From an uncultured bacterium (GTDB lineage: Bacteria > Vulcanimicrobiota > CADAWZ01): a DNA stretch of 48,571 nt. This document shows positions 9,351-18,424 of the stretch, piece by piece. The position numbers and the translations under genes were made by a program. The number at the start of each line of letters is the position of its first letter. The first letter of the stretch is position 1. The DNA lies in the NCBI GenBank assembly GCA_902791745.1, contig CADAWZ010000002.1:1-48571 (forward strand), read 5' to 3'. A model generated the notes under the pieces. The model was not told where the DNA came from. It made no database searches and worked only from the letters and a program-made list of their open reading frames with translations.

Positions 9351-10280
9351 ATGGAGGATAAAGTGAAAAATAAAATTACAATAATATTAACACTTATTTT
9401 ATTATTTACAACAATAGCAAATGCCAAAACTAAAAATAATAAATTTGAAGTAATACAAGCTGTTGATCAAACAATAAATCAAACAATAAATGAAATGGGA
9501 CAGACAAAGAAAATTCTTGAAAAATACTTAGATGGTACTTTATACCCCAAAGAAGCTATAACAGAACTAAACAAAATACAAAAAAGACTAATAAATATAC
9601 AAAATCAAACAAAAATAACATCAAATAACAAAGACACAATATTATATCTATATAATATTCAAAGAGCATTATCTAAATTACAAAGTTCAATCGAAAAAAT
9701 GAAAATATTTATCAAAAAAGATGATACAGAAAATCAAAGAAGAATGAAAGATTTTTTTAAATCTCAAACATTCGATATTTACAGTTTTATAAATGACACT
9801 CTAAAAGCTGAAAAATTTTTTTTATTTTCAGATGAAATAAAAAATAAAAGTGAAGAAGACAATGAAGAAGAGTATATAGAAGAAAATAAAGATATAGAAG
9901 ATTATATAAAAATGAGAAAAAATCTCATTGATATAAAAATAAGACAACAAGAAATTTCAAAAGAGACAGAGCTTGCAATAATTGAATTGACATTTAACGA
10001 AGATAAAACCGAAGGAAATAAAAAGCTATTAAATATAATAAAAAAAGCTGAAAATATAAAATCATCTTTACAACAAATGCCCATAATAGAATCAATGAAT
10101 CTTTTGAGAGAATCAGCTATTGAAAGCTGGGACATATCCATAGATATGATAAAAGAAATGTCAAAATATATGGCAGAAGAAAAAGAAAATGATTTTGACA
10201 AGATAATGAAAGAATATAAAGAAAAAATAGAAATTTTAAAAGAAAAAACAAAAGATTTTAGCGAAAATATTGGGAAATAA
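9351..10280 (+). CDS. Hypothetical secreted coiled-coil protein
   Basis: Signal-peptide-like N-terminus KITIILTLILLFTTIANA, then K/E/I/N-rich helices. The true start is probably the GTG at 9363, because the ATG at 9351 lies inside the RBS atGGAGGAtaaaGTG. Confidence 0.7.
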   Translation: MEDKVKNKITIILTLILLFTTIANAKTKNNKFEVIQAVDQTINQTINEMGQTKKILEKYLDGTLYPKEAITELNKIQKRLINIQNQTKITSNNKDTILYLYNIQRALSKLQSSIEKMKIFIKKDDTENQRRMKDFFKSQTFDIYSFINDTLKAEKFFLFSDEIKNKSEEDNEEEYIEENKDIEDYIKMRKNLIDIKIRQQEISKETELAIIELTFNEDKTEGNKKLLNIIKKAENIKSSLQQMPIIESMNLLRESAIESWDISIDMIKEMSKYMAEEKENDFDKIMKEYKEKIEILKEKTKDFSENIGK

Positions 10281-10369
10281 ATCAAATTATTTGCAGGATT
10301 ATTAAAAATAAAAACAAAAATCTATATATATAAAATCCTCATTTATCTAAAGGAATTTGAAAATAGGAA

Positions 10370-13255
10370 ATGCCTCTTATAAAATGTAAAAAATGCGGAG
10401 CATTATTTCCGCAAGCTACGCCAAATTCGAGATGCAGTATATGCGGAGGAGAATTAACAGGCATAGTATCATCAAAAAAAGCAACAAGTCCAAATCCGTA
10501 TTCTCAAAAGCCCAAAAATCTTGAAAAAGCACCTGCTTTTGGAACAGAATCCATAAGAAGTGGGTATTTTAATCCATCAAGCGGAAGGTATGAAGAAAAA
10601 ATGACTCTTCCTGCTTCTGCTTTTTCATCCAAATTAACGCATAATAAAGAGAGAATACAGACAGAAATTCCTGTTGTAGAAATTCCACAAAAAACTATAG
10701 AAACTCCTAAACCTATAGAAAGAAAGCAAGCTGATAAAAAAGAAGTTATTGCTTCTCAAAAACAAGATCAGAATCAACCTAAAAAACAAGAAAAAAAACA
10801 AGAAAAAGAAAGCAAAAAAGAAGATAAAAAAGATAATAACATCATAATCCAAAATAGATACAAAATCATAAGACCTATAAAAAGAGGTGGAATGGGAGCT
10901 ATCTATGAGGTTCTCGATAAACGCTTACACAAAAACTGGGCATTGAAAGAAATGATGGAAAATTTTGACAATGAACAGGAATGTGAAGAAGCAAGAGAAA
11001 GATTTGAACGCGAAGCTACACTTTTAGCTTCTTTAACACATCCAAATCTTCCAAGAGTTATCGACTTTTTTGATGAAGACGGCAAATTCTATCTTGTTAT
11101 GGATTATATAGCAGGAAAAGATTTAAACGATATACTAAGAAAACAAGAAAATAGAAGATTACCTTTAGACCAAGTTTTTAATATAATTGCTGATATTTTA
11201 GGAATACTTGATTATCTTCACCATAGAAATCCACCTATTATATACAGAGATATAAAGCCTGGGAACATAATGGTTAGAACTGAAGATTCCAAAACATTTT
11301 TGATCGATTTTGGAATAGCTCGTTCTATTGCTCCAGAATCAACAGATCCAAAAACTGAAGTTGGAACAGTTGGTTATGCTCCTCCTGAGCAGTACACTGG
11401 TAATCCTATGCCATGTTCAGATTTATATGCTCTTGGAGCAACAATGCATGAATTAATTTCAGGTGTTCCTCCTAAAATTCCATTCCAATTTCAACCATTA
11501 AAAGAGATGATACCAAATCTCTCTGACACTGTGAATCGCCTTGTATTAAAAGCACTTGAATTAGACTATCATAAAAGATGGCAAACTGCTAAAGATATGC
11601 TTAATGCTGTAAAGGAGGTCATAGCAAATGAAGCTTATTATATGACCTCATCAAAAGCTAAAGTTATTATTGACAATCCAATTGAATTTAGTAAATTAAA
11701 AGAAAATAATTTACAATTGAGGGCAGATTCTCCAAGATTGGATTCCCCAAGATTGGATTCTCCAAGGTTAGATTCTCCAAGATTGGGAAATAAAAATCCT
11801 GAAATAATGCGTTTCGACCAACAGAATATTGTTCCATCTATTGGTGGTGTACAATTAAATCAGGTAAATAATCAGGAATTAAGTAATATAAAACAATTAC
11901 CAAATCTTCCTGATATTAAATTTCCTAATCCTTCAAATAACATTACCAATAATCAAGTTATTGAATTGAAGAAACCACATAATAACAATCAAGTATTTGA
12001 ACTTCAAAATTCACATAGTGCAATAAATCAATTTATAAGTAAAACTCAAAACAATTTGAGACTTGATTTATCTAAAAAATTTGCAAATTTGTCGTCATCT
12101 ATTGGTCTTGAATTTCCTGTTTTTGATCAAAACAATCCATTTCAATCAGATTCAAAACAATCATATGATTTAGGAAAATTAGTAGGAACTCAAAGTCAAA
12201 ATAATAATGACATAAAGAATTTATTTTCAGAAAATATAGAGCCTCCAAAAGTATCAGCTCCATATATACCAACAATAAAACAAAAAAAATCAACAGATTC
12301 AGATAACTTAAACAAAAAACCTGATATTAATTCAGAGAACGAAGCAATAGAAGGAATAAAAGAATATTGTAGTAAATTTAAAGATCCATTTATAAAATCT
12401 GAAAATGACTGCTTTATATCTGATTTTTTGTTCAATCCACAAGCAGGGACAATTTGTCTTACAGATAGAAAAGGCACTATACAAATAAAATCTTTAAATG
12501 ATCTAAAAACTTTAGCTACAGTAAGGACAACATTTAAGGGAATATCAACATTTGACTTCAGTTCAAATGGTTTATATTTTGCCTATAATTCTCAAAAATC
12601 TGAATGCACTGTAATGGATTCAAGAGCTTTAAGTGTAATAAAGCAATTTACTTTAAAAGATTGTAACATAATAAAAGTATTATTGCCTTCTGAACCTTAT
12701 GTCATTGTTGGTTGTGATGATGGTACAATAGTAAAATGTAACTACCTAAACCAAGAAAAAATAGAATTCAAATATAACAAACTTCCAATATCTGCCATGG
12801 CTGTAAGTATTGATGGAAAATTGTTATATACTGGTCACACAAATGGTATAATTCATTCTTGGAATATTGAAGAAAATTCAATAGTTGCAAAAACTCAATT
12901 AAATTCTGGAAAAATAAATGACTTATCTGTAGCACAAAATAATAAACTGCTTGTATCATGTGCAGATGATGGTGTTATCATACTTTGGAAATCAGATAGC
13001 TTATCTCCAATCAAAAAGATGTACGAAAAACAAACAGGTTCTGTATATTCAGTAAGTTATGCAACAAATAAGCCATATATATGCACAGTATCTCAAGATT
13101 GTTCAATAAGAATTTGGGATTTGATAACTGGAACAGTAAACATGCAAGCATATAAAAATGAAACAAGAATCAACAAAATAAGAATAAAATCTTATAATGA
13201 AAATACTTATATAGTAGTAGCTACAGATACAGCTATACTTCTTTGGAAAAAGTAA
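10370..13255 (+). CDS. Ser/Thr protein kinase: N-terminal zinc ribbon, kinase, N/Q/S-rich linker, C-terminal WD40 propeller
   Basis: Zinc ribbon CKKCGALF...CSICGG. Kinase motifs KRGGMGAIYEV, WALKEM, YRDIKPGNIM, DFGIAR, GYAPPEQ. WD40 signatures GHTNGIIHSWNI, CADDGVIILWK, SQDCSIRIWDL. Confidence 0.9.
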   Translation: MPLIKCKKCGALFPQATPNSRCSICGGELTGIVSSKKATSPNPYSQKPKNLEKAPAFGTESIRSGYFNPSSGRYEEKMTLPASAFSSKLTHNKERIQTEIPVVEIPQKTIETPKPIERKQADKKEVIASQKQDQNQPKKQEKKQEKESKKEDKKDNNIIIQNRYKIIRPIKRGGMGAIYEVLDKRLHKNWALKEMMENFDNEQECEEARERFEREATLLASLTHPNLPRVIDFFDEDGKFYLVMDYIAGKDLNDILRKQENRRLPLDQVFNIIADILGILDYLHHRNPPIIYRDIKPGNIMVRTEDSKTFLIDFGIARSIAPESTDPKTEVGTVGYAPPEQYTGNPMPCSDLYALGATMHELISGVPPKIPFQFQPLKEMIPNLSDTVNRLVLKALELDYHKRWQTAKDMLNAVKEVIANEAYYMTSSKAKVIIDNPIEFSKLKENNLQLRADSPRLDSPRLDSPRLDSPRLGNKNPEIMRFDQQNIVPSIGGVQLNQVNNQELSNIKQLPNLPDIKFPNPSNNITNNQVIELKKPHNNNQVFELQNSHSAINQFISKTQNNLRLDLSKKFANLSSSIGLEFPVFDQNNPFQSDSKQSYDLGKLVGTQSQNNNDIKNLFSENIEPPKVSAPYIPTIKQKKSTDSDNLNKKPDINSENEAIEGIKEYCSKFKDPFIKSENDCFISDFLFNPQAGTICLTDRKGTIQIKSLNDLKTLATVRTTFKGISTFDFSSNGLYFAYNSQKSECTVMDSRALSVIKQFTLKDCNIIKVLLPSEPYVIVGCDDGTIVKCNYLNQEKIEFKYNKLPISAMAVSIDGKLLYTGHTNGIIHSWNIEENSIVAKTQLNSGKINDLSVAQNNKLLVSCADDGVIILWKSDSLSPIKKMYEKQTGSVYSVSYATNKPYICTVSQDCSIRIWDLITGTVNMQAYKNETRINKIRIKSYNENTYIVVATDTAILLWKK
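11726..11785 (+). repeat. In-frame tandem repeat, 4 x 15 nt (DSPRL)4
   Basis: gattctccaagattg / gattccccaagattg / gattctccaaggtta / gattctccaagattg, inside the kinase linker. Confidence 0.95.
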
Positions 13256-13281
13256 TTTTTAATAAATAAAATAATTTTCAT

Positions 13282-13317
13282 AAAAAAGTAGTATGAATAT
13301 TTTCATGCTACTTTTTT
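13282..13317. terminator. Intrinsic terminator hairpin (A-tract / stem / T-tract)
   Basis: AAAAAAGTAGTATGAA-TATT-TTCATGCTACTTTTTT, downstream of the kinase gene. Confidence 0.7.
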
Positions 13318-13346
13318 ATATACAAATAAAGAAACATATTTTAAAT

Positions 13347-13390
13347 AAAAAAAGTAGTGCGAATATTTTTCACACTACTTTTATTTTTCT
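13347..13390. terminator. Second, related terminator hairpin
   Basis: AAAAAAAGTAGTGCGAATATTTTTCACACTACTTTTATTTTT. It shares the AAAAGTAGT...ACTACTTTT arms with the hairpin 65 nt upstream, and serves the convergent 13408 gene. Confidence 0.65.
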
Positions 13391-13407
13391 ATATCAAAAT
13401 AATGTTA

Positions 13408-14400
13408 TTATGGTTTGTGATAGAATCTTGGTCTCTTGCTTTGGCTTACATTACCATAAGAAACTACCTGAGTACCATCTTTATTTCTGTTGTTTGAACC
13501 TATCAATTTTCTTGCTCCTGGTTCAGAAACGATTTCAGTATGGTTTCCATTTGGTCCTGTGTAGAGATATACATCACCTGGTTGTGCCATACTTTGTGGA
13601 ACTTCTACCCAACCCTGTTGTTTCAAAGCAGCTTCAAGACCTACAACTGAATTGTAATGTCCTTGTAATTTGCCTGTATTCTGAAGAACTGAGCTTACAA
13701 AATCAGCACAGTCTTTTCTTGCATTTCCTGCGTCTTGGAAGTGAGGCATTACACCTTTTAAATCTCTTGCATTTATGCCTAAGAATCTTTTTGCATATTC
13801 TACAACTTCACTACCACTTGCACCACCTGAAGGAATACCATTTGCTCCAGCTGCTGGATAAGCACCACCGCCTACTGGTAATGCTCCACCAAAGCCACCG
13901 CCTACTGGCAATGCTCCACCAAAGCCACCACCTACTGATGGAAGACCCTGCATTCCCATATTAGGCATTCCCATAGGCATAGGCATACCCATGCCCATAC
14001 CATTCTGCTGCATCATCTGCTGCATCATCATCATTTGCATCATTTGCATCATCTGCATCATCATCTGCATCATCTGCAACATCTGGAAACTATTAACTTG
14101 ATTTCCAAACATTCCGCCCTGCTGCATACCAAAAAGCCCCTGCATTCCTGGCATAAAACCAAATCCCATATCAGGCATTCCTATTGCATTTGAGCCATTG
14201 AACATACTTGCAAACTGAGCTGGATTCATGAAGTTAAAAGATTCTACACTACCTGCAAATGAATCCATAGGCAACATAGATGGTATGCTAGACATCATTG
14301 AGCCCAATCCCATCATATTGCCAAGTCCCATCATATTGCCTATGCCCATATTTCCAAACATTGGCATAGATGACATATTAAAATTAATGTTGAAGTTCAT
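13408..14400 (-). CDS. Met/Gly/Gln-rich low-complexity protein with C-terminal NlpC/P60 (CHAP-like) cysteine hydrolase domain
   Basis: Start reassigned to the ATG at 14400 (GGAGGtattatATG), so MNFNINFNMSSMPMF.... The C-terminal ~130 aa has DCADFVSSVL (Cys231) and PGDVYLYTGPNGNHTEIV (His287), as in NlpC/P60. No signal peptide. Confidence 0.8.
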   Translation of the reverse strand: MNFNINFNMSSMPMFGNMGIGNMMGLGNMMGLGSMMSSIPSMLPMDSFAGSVESFNFMNPAQFASMFNGSNAIGMPDMGFGFMPGMQGLFGMQQGGMFGNQVNSFQMLQMMQMMMQMMQMMQMMMMQQMMQQNGMGMGMPMPMGMPNMGMQGLPSVGGGFGGALPVGGGFGGALPVGGGAYPAAGANGIPSGGASGSEVVEYAKRFLGINARDLKGVMPHFQDAGNARKDCADFVSSVLQNTGKLQGHYNSVVGLEAALKQQGWVEVPQSMAQPGDVYLYTGPNGNHTEIVSEPGARKLIGSNNRNKDGTQVVSYGNVSQSKRPRFYHKP

Positions 14401-14533
14401 ATAATACCTCCACCCAAATATATTATTTATATTATATATTATAATTTCAAAAAAATATATAAACAAAATGTTAATTTTTCTTTAACTATATTAATAATTA
14501 TAAAATTTATTAATATATTTTTTTTTAAAACTA

Positions 14534-14562
14534 TTGCATATTTAAAAAAATTGTGTTATACT
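14534..14562 (+). promoter_or_regulatory. Sigma-70-type promoter (TTGCAT-17 nt-TGtTATACT) for rpmB
   Basis: Read directly. About 100 nt upstream of the rpmB RBS AGGAG. Confidence 0.5.
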
Positions 14563-14661
14563 CTATTGAAAATGTAATTAGCAAGACATTTTCATAATTA
14601 AGTATAGAAATTCTAAATGTTAAAATGATTGCCACAATGGCATTAATAGAAGGAGTTAAAA

Positions 14662-14856
14662 ATGTCAGCAGTATGTGAAAATTGTAAAAAAAGCCCAATG
14701 AGTGGAAATAATGTCAGCCATTCCCACAGAAAAACAAGAAGACGCTGGCTTCCAAACATTCAAAAAGTTACTCTTACAATGAATTCTGGCGTTAAAAAAA
14801 CAATGCATCTTTGTACAAGATGTATCAGAACATTCAACAAAAAAGGTACACTTTAA
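14662..14856 (+). CDS. rpmB: 50S ribosomal protein L28 (four-cysteine, zinc-ribbon form)
   Basis: [36 protein letters not shown] matches the L28 N-terminal signature. CxxC...CxxC is present. RBS AGGAG. Confidence 0.9.
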   Translation: MSAVCENCKKSPMSGNNVSHSHRKTRRRWLPNIQKVTLTMNSGVKKTMHLCTRCIRTFNKKGTL

Positions 14857-14870
14857 TTCTTAAAATAAAA

Positions 14871-14909
14871 AATTGGTTGAGAAAAATTTTTTTCAACCAA
14901 TTTTTTTAT
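14871..14909. terminator. Bidirectional intrinsic terminator
   Basis: AATTGGTTGA-GAAAAATTTTT-TCAACCAATT followed by a T-run, between the convergent rpmB and pdp. Confidence 0.8.
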
Positions 14910-14953
14910 TTACCGAAAAATTTTTTTTCTAAATTTTATTTAGGAAAAAAACT

Positions 14954-16261
14954 TTATTCTACTTTTCCCAAAATAAGTGGCTTATGCTCAACTTCTGTTG
15001 CAGAAATTGTTATTGATTTTTTAAGTCTTTCGATAGCTTCTTTTGCAGATTCTTCAGATGAAGCATGAATATATGCAATAGTCTCACCTTTTGAAATCTT
15101 ATCTCCGACTCTCTTATTCATAACGATTCCAACAGCAGGATCGATAGAATCTTCTTTTTTAATTCTACCTGCTCCAAGATCTCTTGCACTTATTCCAAGT
15201 TCAAGAACATCTATTTCTTTAATCCATCCATCTACATCAAGACTTACAGGCATAACAACAGGAGCTTTTGGTAAAAGGCTTGGATCGTCAAGGGCCTTAG
15301 AAGAACCAGCCTGACATTCGAGAAGCTCTCTCATCTTCTCTTTGGCTTTTCCACTGTCTATCATGTCATTTGCAATAGCAATAGCTTTTTCTAAACTATC
15401 GGCAAGTCCTGCCATCATTATCAAATTTGCAGATAGATAGACAGAAATTTCTCTCAATGCACTGTTTTTATGTTGACCTGAAAGAGTTTCAAAAACTTCC
15501 TTTACTTCAAGAGCATTTCCAATATGTGTGTTTAATGGCTGATCCATATCAGTAATAACAGCCATTGTCTTTTTTCCAGCTCTATTACCTATTGAAACAA
15601 GTGCTTCAGCAAGTTTCTTTGCATCTTCAACAGTTTTCATAAAAGCACCTTTTCCTGCTTTTACATCAAGAAGTATAACATCAGAACCAGAAGCAAGTTT
15701 TTTTGACATAATAGAACCAGCAATAAGTGGAATAGAATCAACAGTAGCTGTTACATCTCTCAAAGCATACATCTTTTTATCAGCTGGAGCAATATCACCT
15801 GTAGAACTGATAACAGCAAGACCTATCTTTTTGACTTGATCTTTAAATTCTTTCTCAGTCAAAGATGTTCTATATCCCTCTATTGCTTCCAATTTATCAA
15901 CAGTACCACCTGTATGACCTAAACCTCTTCCTGACATCTTGGCAAATTTTAAACCAGCTGCAGCAACAATAGGACCAATAAGAAGGGTTGTTGTATCCCC
16001 TACTCCACCTGTACTGTGCTTATCAACTTTAATTCCATCAATATCAGAAAGATCCATTTTATCACCTGAATTTGTCATAGAAACAGTTATATCTCTTGTT
16101 TCTACTTCATCCATTCCCTTCAAAAAAACAGCCATGAGAAATGCACTCATTTGATAATCTGGAATTTCCCCTTTTGTAAATCCATTTACAAAAAATTCTA
16201 TTTCTTCTTTGGAAAGTTTTCCACCATCTCTTTTTTTCAAAATAATATCGTAAGGTTTCAT
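14954..16261 (-). CDS. pdp: Pyrimidine-nucleoside (thymidine) phosphorylase
   Basis: Colinear with Bacillus Pdp as I recall it: DKHSTGGVGD, KMSGRGLGHTGGTVDKLE, SIMSKK, 435 aa. RBS AGGAG. Confidence 0.95.
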   Translation of the reverse strand: MKPYDIILKKRDGGKLSKEEIEFFVNGFTKGEIPDYQMSAFLMAVFLKGMDEVETRDITVSMTNSGDKMDLSDIDGIKVDKHSTGGVGDTTTLLIGPIVAAAGLKFAKMSGRGLGHTGGTVDKLEAIEGYRTSLTEKEFKDQVKKIGLAVISSTGDIAPADKKMYALRDVTATVDSIPLIAGSIMSKKLASGSDVILLDVKAGKGAFMKTVEDAKKLAEALVSIGNRAGKKTMAVITDMDQPLNTHIGNALEVKEVFETLSGQHKNSALREISVYLSANLIMMAGLADSLEKAIAIANDMIDSGKAKEKMRELLECQAGSSKALDDPSLLPKAPVVMPVSLDVDGWIKEIDVLELGISARDLGAGRIKKEDSIDPAVGIVMNKRVGDKISKGETIAYIHASSEESAKEAIERLKKSITISATEVEHKPLILGKVE

Positions 16262-16273
16262 AAAAATAATCTC

Positions 16274-17089
16274 CTAAATTTTTGATACGATAAGTTTTGT
16301 AAGGCTCTTAAAAAATGGCTTTACCTTTTCAGCAGCTTCAAGAACTTCTTTGTGGTCTGCTGCCTTACCAGGTGAAAATATATTTGTGATACATGATATT
16401 CCTATAACTTTCATTCCGCAATGTGCTGCAACAATTACTTCAGGAACTGTTGACATTCCTACAGCATCAACTCCCCATTTTTGGAACATTCTTAATTCTG
16501 CTTGTGTCTCATAACTTGGGCCAGTAAGTCCCATATAAACACCTTCATGTATTCTTTTTCCAAGCTGAGCAGCACATTCAAGAGCAATAGCTCTATATTC
16601 TGGAGTATATGCCTTACTTAAATCTGGGAATCTTGTTCCAAAATGTTCATCATTTGGTCCAATTAATGGGTTTGTTCCCATCATATTTACATGATCAGAA
16701 ATAAGCATTAAATCTCCTGGAACAAATAGAGGATTTATTCCGCCTGCTGCATTTGTTACAAAAAGTTTTTTGACTCCGAGTTCAAAAAGAACTCTTATAA
16801 AGAATGTTACATCAGACATTGGATAACCTTCGTAAAAATGCCATCTACCATTCTGAATCAAGACATATTTACCTTCCATTTTACCGAAAACAAGACATCC
16901 TGAATGACCTGCAACGGTAGAAACTGGGAAATTAGGAATCTCTTTATATGGTATAGTTATTTTTTCCTCAACTTCTTCTGCAAGAACTCCAAGACCTGAT
17001 CCCAAAACCATGCCAATCTCTGGCTGTGCTGTTATTTTTGATTTTATAAATTCAGCACTTTCATTTACCTTATCTCTAAATGTCTTCAT
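16274..17089 (-). CDS. punA: Purine nucleoside phosphorylase (trimeric PNP family)
   Basis: LGSGLG, FPVSTVAGHSG, GRWHFYEGY, NAAGG, GPSYET, MSTVPE. I prefer the ATG at 17089 (AGGAGtgccttgcATG) over the track's TTG at 17122. Confidence 0.95.
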   Translation of the reverse strand: MKTFRDKVNESAEFIKSKITAQPEIGMVLGSGLGVLAEEVEEKITIPYKEIPNFPVSTVAGHSGCLVFGKMEGKYVLIQNGRWHFYEGYPMSDVTFFIRVLFELGVKKLFVTNAAGGINPLFVPGDLMLISDHVNMMGTNPLIGPNDEHFGTRFPDLSKAYTPEYRAIALECAAQLGKRIHEGVYMGLTGPSYETQAELRMFQKWGVDAVGMSTVPEVIVAAHCGMKVIGISCITNIFSPGKAADHKEVLEAAEKVKPFFKSLTKLIVSKI

Positions 17090-17251
17090 GCAAGGCACTC
17101 CTAAAAAATATTTACTCTCCAAACAAAGGAGGCTTTTATTTCCGTTTTTACGGAATTATCATTTATTTTTTAAGGGGTGATAAACTCTACAATTAATCAC
17201 TTTTGCAAGTTATACATAAAAGTAGAATTTATCAACACCCTATCTATAACT

Positions 17252-18424
17252 TTATTTTGAAAAAACAGAAGCAAAACTCTTTCCAGCTAAATCTGTTTTC
17301 ATATCAAACATATCTGCTATTGTTGCAGTTATATCTGCGTAAGTGTTAAGATAACCTATTTCTCCGCCTTTATATCCCTTCATAAACCAAAGAAGTGGAA
17401 CATGCTCACGAGTATGGTCTGAACCTGTATGACATGGATCACAACCATGATCAGCTGTTATAATCAAGGCATCGTCATCTTTCATGTTTTCAATAAGACG
17501 AGGAATAAATGCATCCATATATTCAATAGCTTCAGCATAACCTTTTGGATTTCTTCTGTGTCCATAAAGCATATCGAAATCTACAAGGTTTACAAATATA
17601 AGACCTGCACCAGTGTCAGCTTTTAACAATTCTTCTGTTTTTTCAAGTCCAGTATGATTGTTTCCTGTGTGATACGAATCTGTCAATCCTCTATGACAGA
17701 AAATATCTTCTATTTTGCCAACACCTATTACAGAAAATCCCTTCTTTGAAAGAACATCAAGAAATGTATCTGTAGGAGGTTCTAAAGAGAAATCTCTTCT
17801 ATTTTCAGTTCTTGTGAAATTGCCTGGTTTGCCAATAAAAGGTCTTGCAATAACTCTGCTTACAGCATGATCTCCCTTTAAAAGTTTTCTTGCAATTTCA
17901 CAATATTTATATAAATCTTCTATTGGAATTATTTCTTCATGAGCTGCAATCTGAAAAACACTATCAGCAGAAGTATAAACAATCAAAGCTCCTGTTTTCA
18001 TCTGCTCTTCTCCTAAATCAGCTATGATAGCTGTTCCAGAAGCTGGATAGTTACCTATGACTTTTTTGCCAGTCTGTTTTTCAAATTCTTCAATAAGGTC
18101 TTTTGGAAAACCATTGGGGTATGTTGGAAATGGCTTTTCAGTTATAAGCCCAGCAATCTCCCAATGTCCTGTTGTTGTGTCTTTTCCCTTTGATCTCTCT
18201 GCTATTTTACCATAATAAGCAGTAGGATTTTCAACAGGCTCAATTCCTTTAAGTGGACGAATATTTGCAAGTCCCATCTGTCTGAGATTTGGAATATTTA
18301 ATCCAACTGTTTCGGCAATATGACCTAATGTATCTGCTCCAGCATCGCCATAATCTGCAGAATCATTCATATAGCCACATCCCATACTATCTGCAACGAC
18401 GATAATCGCTCTTTTAAGCTTCAT
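17252..18424 (-). CDS. deoB: Phosphopentomutase
   Basis: 390 aa with VADSMGCG, ITADHGCDP, HTREHVPLL. RBS GGAGG. Confidence 0.95.
   Translation of the reverse strand: MKLKRAIIVVADSMGCGYMNDSADYGDAGADTLGHIAETVGLNIPNLRQMGLANIRPLKGIEPVENPTAYYGKIAERSKGKDTTTGHWEIAGLITEKPFPTYPNGFPKDLIEEFEKQTGKKVIGNYPASGTAIIADLGEEQMKTGALIVYTSADSVFQIAAHEEIIPIEDLYKYCEIARKLLKGDHAVSRVIARPFIGKPGNFTRTENRRDFSLEPPTDTFLDVLSKKGFSVIGVGKIEDIFCHRGLTDSYHTGNNHTGLEKTEELLKADTGAGLIFVNLVDFDMLYGHRRNPKGYAEAIEYMDAFIPRLIENMKDDDALIITADHGCDPCHTGSDHTREHVPLLWFMKGYKGGEIGYLNTYADITATIADMFDMKTDLAGKSFASVFSK

Noticed and set aside
13293-13964. 223-aa plus-strand ORF, His/Leu-rich (HHLKEYHLLQLL...MLHQSHRLL)
   Set aside because: It is the antisense image of the Met/Gln-rich gene (ATG->CAT His, CAG/CAA->CTG/TTG Leu). 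That composition suppresses stop codons on the opposite strand. It has no RBS and runs through two terminator hairpins.
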